Both the position numbers and the translations under genes were made by a program. This document shows, in pieces, positions 38,887 to 46,841 of a stretch of DNA of 60,169 nt. This stretch comes from an uncultured Candidatus Saccharibacteria bacterium. Lineage in GTDB: Bacteria > Patescibacteriota > Minisyncoccia > Phycocordibacterales > UBA1006. The DNA is taken from assembly GCA_964405115.1 (NCBI GenBank), contig CAYOMN010000001.1, positions 5,755 through 65,923 on the forward strand, read 5' to 3'. Position 1 is the first letter of the stretch. Each line of letters opens with the position of its first letter. A model generated the notes under the pieces. The model did not search any database. It was not told where the DNA came from and saw only the letters and a program-made list of their open reading frames with translations.

Positions 38887-38912
38887 GCTTCTTTTTTTGT
38901 TTCAATAAATAA
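38857..38912. terminator. 56-bp perfect palindrome spanning both convergent stop codons (bidirectional terminator)
   Basis: ttatttattgaaacaaaaaaagaagctt/aagcttctttttttgtttcaataaataa, verified base by base. Confidence 0.75.
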
Positions 38913-39527
38913 ATACCTAAAAGATATAGTTGATATCATAATAAATAAAGTAAAAAATAACATTGTCGTAATAAATACGGGATGACTATACTTTGTGCTA
39001 AGTATCTCTATAATATTATTCATTAATAATCTTGGTTTGATAAAAATATCCCAACTATTAAATCGTATATATCTACCAAGATAAATTCCGAATGATGATA
39101 TGATAGAAATTAATATTAAAAAAATATTTCGCCTTATTTGACTCTTGTTAAATAACATTCTCTTTATTTTTACCATAGTAAATGACAGAACAAATACCCC
39201 AATAATAGCATAAGAAAATATCATCATACCATCAAACCATAACAACCATTCTGGACCAACATTTCTTAGATGTAACAAATCTGTAACCATATATGGCGCA
39301 TTTGGTAAAACAAACAACCATAAAATAAAAGATAGTACTTTAAAATAAATATTCCTTGAATTTTCGAAAAAGAAAACAAACGGCAATGGTAGCAATGCTA
39401 AAAATAGATTCCAATTCATATACAAATATGAATGAACATCTGTTAGTGCAAATCTACTCATGTTCATAATAAACGCAAAAACAATCCATGGAATTAAAAA
39501 CTTTATGAATTTTTTATAAGTTATCAT
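38883..39527 (-). CDS. DUF1361 family membrane protein
   Basis: WNLFLALLP...VLPNAPYMVTDLLHL pattern. Confidence 0.65.
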   Translation of the reverse strand: MITYKKFIKFLIPWIVFAFIMNMSRFALTDVHSYLYMNWNLFLALLPLPFVFFFENSRNIYFKVLSFILWLFVLPNAPYMVTDLLHLRNVGPEWLLWFDGMMIFSYAIIGVFVLSFTMVKIKRMLFNKSQIRRNIFLILISIISSFGIYLGRYIRFNSWDIFIKPRLLMNNIIEILSTKYSHPVFITTMLFFTLFIMISTISFRYLFIETKKEA

Positions 39528-39538
39528 GATTTAATTTT

Positions 39539-39600
39539 ACCCGCACACTCATAAAAAAACAACATACCGCAAGATATTATTTTTTTATGAGTATGCGGGT
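39539..39600. repeat. long inverted repeat (21-bp arms, 1 mismatch, 20-nt loop) in the 5' region of the DUF1361 gene
   Basis: acccgcacactcataaaaaaa ... tttttttatgagtatgcgggt. Confidence 0.8.
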
Positions 39601-39912
39601 TTACCTATTTATTTTATAAAAAATAACCAAAAGTATTTTTTAATACTTTTGATTAAATTAAAATTTTTTATTTAATCTAAATAAGAAATGTATGTCCAGC
39701 CACTTAAACATAGTCATCATCAACTTCAAAGACATGTAACTTCAACCATACGTAATCATCAAAAAATATATACAATTTACAAAGATTTGTTTCTTATAAA
39801 AGAATATTTAATGGAACCCCTAAATTAACATTTAGATTACTAAAATACCCATCATTTGACCTCTTAATAATCTCATTCAAACCTTGCATCAAGGTTAATT
39901 CTATATACTTAT

Positions 39913-40467
39913 CTATAAATTATATCTTATACCAAAAGTTACAGACTTACTTCCATTAATAGGTTCCATTCCGTAAACAGACCAAAGAGAAAAATTTTTC
40001 AACTTATAGTTAAATCTCAACCCATGGGTTGCAAATTTTTGAGCTTGAATTCCTATTCCTATTTTTTTGAATTGATATTCAATTATTCCAAGATACCAAT
40101 CTCCACTTCCGCCATCTTCATAATTTAGAAAAAACCAAAATTTATTTTTTTTACCATAAAGATAAGTAGCAGTTCTTAACGGTATTTTGTTTGTTTCAAT
40201 ACCTACTGAAATATTTATTTCAAGGTATAGATCGTTCTTAAAAGTCTTTCCATACATTGGGCCAAAATACAATTCACCCCATTCGGCGGAAAGCAATGCA
40301 AAACTCGTAAAGCCAAAACCATTTTGGTTTTGTGAGGTAAATGAACTTGCTATAAGTTGTTGAAAATCTTGTTTTTTAGTTCCTTGGTATTCAAACCAAA
40401 AACTTTTGGTTTGAGAAAAGACTACTGATGTTGATAACACTAAAATAAAAAATACTAATTTTTTCAT
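39913..40467 (-). CDS. small secreted beta-strand-rich protein (OMP beta-barrel-like)
   Basis: Signal peptide MKKLVFFILVLSTSVVFSQ. Alternating-hydrophobic strands include WFFLNYE, WYLGIIEYQF, IGIGIQAQKF, LRFNYKL, FSLWSVYG and VTFGIRYNL. Confidence 0.55.
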   Translation of the reverse strand: MKKLVFFILVLSTSVVFSQTKSFWFEYQGTKKQDFQQLIASSFTSQNQNGFGFTSFALLSAEWGELYFGPMYGKTFKNDLYLEINISVGIETNKIPLRTATYLYGKKNKFWFFLNYEDGGSGDWYLGIIEYQFKKIGIGIQAQKFATHGLRFNYKLKNFSLWSVYGMEPINGSKSVTFGIRYNL

Positions 40468-40595
40468 CTTATTTATTTTTTAAAGTTAATTTAACTTTAC
40501 TATGATTTAATCAAAAACTATTTACAAATATTTTTAACGTTTTGTTATAAAAATAAAGAAAAACTTTATTTTTTAATAAAGTTTTTTTGTTTTAT

Positions 40596-41387
40596 TTATA
40601 CAAAATCTCTTCCAATAATCTTTTTATACTTCTCTGCTTTCTTTTTATTATGTTCAATTTTGAAATAAACTTTTTTTATTTTTTTTACCTCCTTATTAAT
40701 CTCTTTTATTTTTTCTTCTTTCGACATTTTTTTATCTTCATAAATTTTGTGAATATTTTTTGAAAAATCAGCTGGCGTTTTTGAATTAATAACAATATTT
40801 CCAATAACAGTAATGTGGTCAGTGTTTTTTATTGGTTTTATTTTTACAGCATTAATTTTAAGATATTTATTATTATATTTTCTTTTAAAATCAAAATCTA
40901 ATTTTGTTTCTCCGCCGATAAGAAAATATGCTCTTCTCTTTTTTGGTTTATAACTTTTATAGTGTTGATCTTCGCTCTCTGTTCTCCCTTCTATATAAAC
41001 CCAGAAACAGTGATTATCATACATATAAATTGGTTCACTTTTGTAAAGATTGTGATAAATAGGAAAAACGTGCTTCCAGAATTGATCCATTTGGTGAAGA
41101 CTTTTAAATATGTATGTAAGACTCTCACCTTCATTAAGATGTGGAATTCCTGTTCCAGCAAAAAAATCTCTTATTTTTTCAACCCATTCATTACTAATGA
41201 AATACTCTGTTTTGTTTTTAAGAATAACACCATCAGAAATCAGTTTTCTTAATTGGTCGTATATAGCAGGTCGTGTAATTTTTTTATAGTGTGAAATATA
41301 TTTTTGAATAGCGTCTATTTTTTGTGGTTTTTTTGCTAAACACTCAACAATATAATCTTGAGTTGTTTTTTCTTTTCCTAATAACAT
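40596..41387 (-). CDS. hypothetical protein with an N-terminal winged-helix-like region and a Lys-rich tail
   Basis: ...KITRPAIYDQLRKLISDGVILKN... resembles a wHTH recognition helix plus wing. The rest is unrecognised. Confidence 0.4.
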   Translation of the reverse strand: MLLGKEKTTQDYIVECLAKKPQKIDAIQKYISHYKKITRPAIYDQLRKLISDGVILKNKTEYFISNEWVEKIRDFFAGTGIPHLNEGESLTYIFKSLHQMDQFWKHVFPIYHNLYKSEPIYMYDNHCFWVYIEGRTESEDQHYKSYKPKKRRAYFLIGGETKLDFDFKRKYNNKYLKINAVKIKPIKNTDHITVIGNIVINSKTPADFSKNIHKIYEDKKMSKEEKIKEINKEVKKIKKVYFKIEHNKKKAEKYKKIIGRDFV

Positions 41388-41494
41388 GTTTATATTATAA
41401 AGAAAAACTTTATTTTTAAAAGCAACGAATACAAATAAAAAAGGGTCGCTGGGACATATTATAATACTCTTTTTTATTTTAACGAAGAAGTTCG

Positions 41495-42895
41495 TTAATT
41501 TTGGAGTTTTTTAAGAAAGTACTCTTTCAGTTCTGTGATTGCAACCCTCTCCTGCTCCGCAGTATCACGATAACGAACCGAAATAGTACCAAAATTTTTA
41601 TTCCCTTCTTCCAAGGTATCATAATCAACAACAACACAAAAAGGTGTTCCGATTTCATCTTGTCGTCGGTATCTCTTCCCTATATTTCCATTATCATCCC
41701 AAACAACATTTCCAAATTCTACCTTTAGACTACCAAAAATCTCTTCTGCCTTAGAAACAATATGTTCTTTATTTTTTACAAGAGGAGAAATAGCAATTTT
41801 ATATGGAGCAAGAGATGGTTTAAATGCGAGATAAATCCTTTTATTACCATCAACTTCATCTTCCCTATAGGCAGATAACAAAACAGCAAGAATCGTCCTA
41901 TCTAAACCAAGTGATGGTTCAATAACATGAGGAATAAAAGTATCATTTGTTATCGAATCTGTATATTGTAGCTTTACCTTACTAGAAATTCCATGTTTTT
42001 TTAAATCATAATCAGTACGATAAGCTAAACCATAAAGCTCTTTTTGACCAAAAGGATATTCAAATTCAAAATCAACCGTTCTCTCAGAATAATGTGCCCT
42101 ATCTTCTCCTTCAATTTCAACATCATGTAATTTTGACATATCTAAACCAATCATTTCTGCCCATTCAAGTATTTCATCTTTCCAATATTCAAATTCTTCT
42201 TTCCATGTACTTGGATGAATAAAATATTCAATTTCCATTTGCTCTAATTCCCTAAGACGAAAAATAAAATTCCTTGGCGTTATTTCATTACGATAAGCCT
42301 TCCCTATTTGAGCAACTCCAAACGGAATTTTTGGATGCATGGAATCCATAATATTTTTATAATTAATGAAAATCCCTTGAGCTGTTTCAGGTCGTAAATA
42401 TGCAGTAGATGATGAATCTGACGAAGAACCAAGTTGAGTTTTAAGCATAAGATTGAATTCTCTAACATCATCAAGTTCATTTCCATAAGGGGATAGGATG
42501 TTTTTAGCTCTAATAGTAAACGTCATCTCATCTATGGTCATATTTTCTGGATTTTCTATCCCAGCGTCCTCAAGAAGATGATCAGCTCGATAGTCTTTTC
42601 CTGTTTTTTTATCTCGCACAAGTGGATCAGAAAATCCACCAACATGTCCAGATGCAGTAAGTGCTTCTTCTCCCATAACAATGGCAGAATCCAATAGAAA
42701 CATATCTTTACGGGATTCAACAAATTTCTTTATCCAAAGATTTTTTATATTATTCTTCAGAAGAGATCCAAGTGGACCATAATCATAAATACCAGCCATA
42801 CCACCATATAATTCTCCCGCTTGAAAAATAAAACCTCTATTTTTTGAAAGTGCAATTATTTTTTCCATTAACTTATCACCTTGTTTTATACTCAT
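41495..42895 (-). CDS. glyQS: glycine--tRNA ligase (alpha2 type)
   Basis: Motifs GIYDYGPLG, LRPETAQG and AQIGKAYRNEITPRNFIFRLRELEQMEIEYF. I place the start at ATG 42895, 8 nt after TATACT. Confidence 0.9.
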   Translation of the reverse strand: MSIKQGDKLMEKIIALSKNRGFIFQAGELYGGMAGIYDYGPLGSLLKNNIKNLWIKKFVESRKDMFLLDSAIVMGEEALTASGHVGGFSDPLVRDKKTGKDYRADHLLEDAGIENPENMTIDEMTFTIRAKNILSPYGNELDDVREFNLMLKTQLGSSSDSSSTAYLRPETAQGIFINYKNIMDSMHPKIPFGVAQIGKAYRNEITPRNFIFRLRELEQMEIEYFIHPSTWKEEFEYWKDEILEWAEMIGLDMSKLHDVEIEGEDRAHYSERTVDFEFEYPFGQKELYGLAYRTDYDLKKHGISSKVKLQYTDSITNDTFIPHVIEPSLGLDRTILAVLLSAYREDEVDGNKRIYLAFKPSLAPYKIAISPLVKNKEHIVSKAEEIFGSLKVEFGNVVWDDNGNIGKRYRRQDEIGTPFCVVVDYDTLEEGNKNFGTISVRYRDTAEQERVAITELKEYFLKKLQN

Positions 42896-43140
42896 GTTAA
42901 TTAAGTATATATGATTAAGATGAAAATACAAAAAATAAAAATTGATCCCGCTTACAAAACGTAATTATATTTAAAATATTATTAATACTATTTATTATAA
43001 AATAATACAATATTTACAAATTAAATTAATTATGTGATTGACGCATCAAATATAATTTGTTAATATTTGATTAAATCAATCGGACAAAAATTAAAACAGT
43101 CGCCGGTTCTGTTATATTTAAAAATTAAAAATCATAAAAA

Positions 43141-43668
43141 ATGAAAAAAATTATTTCAATATCAGTAATATTTTTTATAACAATAAATATATTCGCACAA
43201 AAAAAGACCAAAAGGTGGGCAAATGAGAGATTTTCCTTAGGGATTATAAGTTATACAAATACACCGGTTATTAATGATGACCTTGGTTTAAAACTTAGTT
43301 TAAGTACACGATTACTTAGATTCATTTCTATAGAATCTAATCTGTGTTCAGATACAAAAGAGATATATGGAGAGGAAAATTTTAAAATATATCCTATTCC
43401 AAAAACATACCTACGTAGTATTGGTTTTATGAAGAAAACAATACAAAGAAGATTTTATACGTACTTAAATACATCTATAAATACATATAAAGAAATTGGA
43501 GTAGGTTTTGGGGTAGGTTTTAATATCAACAATAAGTGGAGAACGGAAATTCGCTTATATAATAAGACTAAAAATCAAAAAATAATGGTAAATCCATATT
43601 TTGGATTTGGATTCTTTAGAAATTTAAATTTCAGAGAATACCCTCCAAAAATATCTGCAAAATATTAA
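43141..43668 (+). CDS. small secreted beta-strand-rich protein (OMP-like)
   Basis: Signal peptide MKKIISISVIFFITINIFAQ. It also has GVGFGVGFNINNKWRTEIRLYN, and the protein ends in Y. Confidence 0.5.
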   Translation: MKKIISISVIFFITINIFAQKKTKRWANERFSLGIISYTNTPVINDDLGLKLSLSTRLLRFISIESNLCSDTKEIYGEENFKIYPIPKTYLRSIGFMKKTIQRRFYTYLNTSINTYKEIGVGFGVGFNINNKWRTEIRLYNKTKNQKIMVNPYFGFGFFRNLNFREYPPKISAKY

Positions 43669-43674
43669 TAAAAT

Positions 43675-43707
43675 AAAAACCCTAAAATAAAAAGGGTTTT
43701 TCTTTTT
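43675..43707. terminator. bidirectional terminator
   Basis: Stem aaaaccc...gggtttt with flanking A and T runs, between convergent genes. Confidence 0.65.
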
Positions 43708-43715
43708 GAAAATAA

Positions 43716-45638
43716 TTAATTAACAACCCTACTATCTCCAGCAACAGCTGATGAATCTGACAATCTAGTCGTGAGAGGTGTCTTTTTATAGCTAAGATCT
43801 ACATCAGTAAATGTATCCCTACCAGATAAAATTATATTTCTAGTAATATCTGGATTTGTATCAACATGCGATAACGATGGTAATAACTCTACCTGAAATG
43901 AAACTTGTCTTGGCCTAACTTCACCAATACCAACACCAGCTTGTAAGTCACCAATATCCCATTTAACTTCCCTTGTAGTTTTGTTAAAATCAATTTTACT
44001 CCTTTCAACTGATGGTGATATATTTCCTGTCCAAGTAACATAAGAAGGAAGTGTTGTTATAACTTTAGTATCTTTTATATCATTTGATGAATTTAATATC
44101 TGTAATGTAACTGTATATTTTGTCTTTTCTCCTACTCGTGGTGGAATAGGCCCACTATTTTTAAATGGGCCGTCACTATATGATGTTTTTGCTATCAAAC
44201 TTAGATCTGAATTAGCTAATACATCTACTCTAGAAATAGAAGATGCCTCACGAATATTTCCATTATCTTCAATACCAGAAACGTTAATTGTTACTGTAAA
44301 ATTAGGGTTTTCAATAAAACCTAAACTACTAACTAAGTCTTTTGTATCTAAATTAAAGTTCAAAGTACCTGATTCACCCGGGTTAAGAGACTCCAATTCA
44401 GCTACATTATTCTTATCCCAAATAATATTCTTACTATTAGAATTATAATCACCATTTAACGAAAGAACCTTACTTGGAATATATAAATCACCATTTAAAT
44501 TTGCTGTTACTTGTACGTCATTAAGTACTTTATCAAGATTATTTTTATATTCTATTTCAATATTAACATTATCACCACCACGGATCGGAACCTTACTTTC
44601 ATTTTTATTGTTTGCACTAATATCTGCTGTAATAAAAGACTCTTTTATATCAACAGTGTGAGTAACCTCATCAAACGTTGTTTCTATTGAATCTTTCTGC
44701 AACTGATTTTGCTTCCCAACTTTTGCTTGAAAAGACTGCCCTTGTCCTGGTAAAGCATCTAAACGACCAGATATTTTGATAACCTCTTCATCAGATGTTA
44801 TCTTTGGAAAATACCATATATTAGATCCAAATTTTGGTTTAATATTTGATGAAATAAACTCAAATCCTAACGGATAATTAACACTAAGCAAAATATCATT
44901 TATTTGTTCATTTGTATTAGATGAAACACTTATATTTAATTGAATCTCTTGATTCTGAACTATTTCCTTCGGAGCATCAATTGATAATTTTGTCGGGGTT
45001 GATCGTATAACAAGTTCATGATTTATTTTTTTAACAAATATAGAACTAGATCCTTCAATACGGTATTCCAACGTAGCATGTATATTTCTTACATCACCCT
45101 CCTTTCCGTACAATAATAAGTTAAATTCCTCATTTATACGTTTTCCACTCTCAATATCAGAAAGAGACCGACGTAAAAAAACTTCATCGTCTTTGCTTGA
45201 AGAATCTTTAGGATAAGACAAAATAAGATCTGGTAGAATCAATTTCTGTTTATTAAAATTTTGAATACGTACATGTAATTCAAGATTCTCTCCTCCATCA
45301 ATAAAAGGTTGCCCTAAGATCTCCATTGAAATTAAATCGTCAGAAACCTTTTCTTTTTTATCATATAAAGAAATTACAGCAATGACAGCTGTTATAATAA
45401 AAAAGAATAGTACACCAAGAAATATCTTTCGAAAGATAGATGTTGGTAATTTTCTTTTTCTATTTTTAGTTAAAAGTTTGTCAAGATCTTCCTCTTTAAA
45501 ACTATGTTTCAATTCAATATTACGACCATGGATCTTACGCCTTTTACGTTGTAAAAATTCTTTATTCTTAAAATAAAGTTCATCATTTAATATATCAATT
45601 TTTTGTTTCTTTTGTTTCGGAGTTATATCATCTCTCAT
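43716..45638 (-). CDS. single-pass membrane protein with a large beta-rich (Ig-like repeat) ectodomain
   Basis: Basic N-terminus, a TM segment (IFLGVLFFFIITAVIAVISLY), then about 540 aa rich in N/S/T/V and looking like beta sandwiches. Confidence 0.55.
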   Translation of the reverse strand: MRDDITPKQKKQKIDILNDELYFKNKEFLQRKRRKIHGRNIELKHSFKEEDLDKLLTKNRKRKLPTSIFRKIFLGVLFFFIITAVIAVISLYDKKEKVSDDLISMEILGQPFIDGGENLELHVRIQNFNKQKLILPDLILSYPKDSSSKDDEVFLRRSLSDIESGKRINEEFNLLLYGKEGDVRNIHATLEYRIEGSSSIFVKKINHELVIRSTPTKLSIDAPKEIVQNQEIQLNISVSSNTNEQINDILLSVNYPLGFEFISSNIKPKFGSNIWYFPKITSDEEVIKISGRLDALPGQGQSFQAKVGKQNQLQKDSIETTFDEVTHTVDIKESFITADISANNKNESKVPIRGGDNVNIEIEYKNNLDKVLNDVQVTANLNGDLYIPSKVLSLNGDYNSNSKNIIWDKNNVAELESLNPGESGTLNFNLDTKDLVSSLGFIENPNFTVTINVSGIEDNGNIREASSISRVDVLANSDLSLIAKTSYSDGPFKNSGPIPPRVGEKTKYTVTLQILNSSNDIKDTKVITTLPSYVTWTGNISPSVERSKIDFNKTTREVKWDIGDLQAGVGIGEVRPRQVSFQVELLPSLSHVDTNPDITRNIILSGRDTFTDVDLSYKKTPLTTRLSDSSAVAGDSRVVN

Positions 45639-45686
45639 CTATATAAGTATACATTTACATCTATAAAAACAAAAGACTGATTTATT

Positions 45687-46262
45687 CTATAACTGAGAAT
45701 CATTAAAAGAATCATTTATTTTAATAATATATTTTAATTTATGTTTTTTTACATGATTCAAAATATTTTCACTATATGGACCTTTTACTTCAAGGGTAAT
45801 ATCTTCTTCCTCCCAATACCCTAATGTAAAAAGTGTTCTTATCATTATAATAATCTCATATTCATGTAATAAATTATTATCACCTTCTTTTATCTCATTA
45901 AAAAACAAGATTATTTCATTCCATAATTGTTCATTTCTCTCCTCTCCTGTACAAAGACGAATAAGTGTATCTGAAAATAAAGAAACTAAACCATACCATT
46001 TAGTATTTACAAAACAAAAAGATGATCTAATCTCATTAAGTCCAGTTATCCTCCAAATATTACGTCCAGAAACAAGATCAATCTCAACAATTGAATACAG
46101 ATGCAAATGATAACGCATTTTAGATTTAAGCTCTCTTACAGATTGGATACTGGCATAAATAAACCCAAATCTCTCTGTATACAAATATACTAATTTATTT
46201 GATTCTCTCATATTCTTTGTCTTTAAAATAAGAGCTCTTGTATGATAAATAGTGTGAGACAT
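45687..46262 (-). CDS. recO: DNA repair protein RecO (short form)
   Basis: N-terminal OB pattern TRALILKTKNMRESNKLVYLYTERFGFIYASIQSVRELKSK. Confidence 0.6.
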   Translation of the reverse strand: MSHTIYHTRALILKTKNMRESNKLVYLYTERFGFIYASIQSVRELKSKMRYHLHLYSIVEIDLVSGRNIWRITGLNEIRSSFCFVNTKWYGLVSLFSDTLIRLCTGEERNEQLWNEIILFFNEIKEGDNNLLHEYEIIIMIRTLFTLGYWEEEDITLEVKGPYSENILNHVKKHKLKYIIKINDSFNDSQL

Positions 46263-46408
46263 ATAATAAGTTTACTAATACACACATGAAAAACAAGTTC
46301 TAAGCTAATAAGACGATACATTTTTACTGGTAAACTTGTCAACAAGTTATTTTTATGTATAATTTAAATTAAATTATTTTAATTAATTTATAACTTAATT
46401 TCATAAAA

Positions 46409-46744
46409 ATGGACAAAATAAGAATTGTTTTAATTGGACAAAAAGAGCGTGATAGAAAGATCATAGTTGAAATGTTCAACGAAAAAAATGAAAGTCTTAT
46501 AAGAGCAACAGGAAAGACAAGAAACGAATTATTATCTGATATCAGATACAAATTCAATGAAATTGTTCTACTTAAAAAACCACTTATTACAAATGGTTTT
46601 AGAATAAGTCATAGTACTGGCTTTTATGTTATATGTAATAAGGTTTCAGATGAAGTAAAAAACCTAATTATAGATATAATATATCCACAAAATAAAATGA
46701 CAAACAAACACAATACTGTGATACTGCATCATGATAATGTTTAA
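46409..46744 (+). CDS. hypothetical protein
   Basis: 111-aa ORF with an upstream TGTATAAT box and a downstream terminator. Confidence 0.4.
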   Translation: MDKIRIVLIGQKERDRKIIVEMFNEKNESLIRATGKTRNELLSDIRYKFNEIVLLKKPLITNGFRISHSTGFYVICNKVSDEVKNLIIDIIYPQNKMTNKHNTVILHHDNV

Positions 46745-46752
46745 AAAAAATA

Positions 46753-46790
46753 AAAAACGGTAATCACTTTTCAGTGAATCTACCGTTTTT
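46753..46790. terminator. bidirectional terminator
   Basis: aaaaacggta...taccgttttt. Confidence 0.7.
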
Positions 46791-46841
46791 AAATTTAAAT
46801 ATTAAAGTTACAAAATAGAATATTTTATATATTACAATTAA

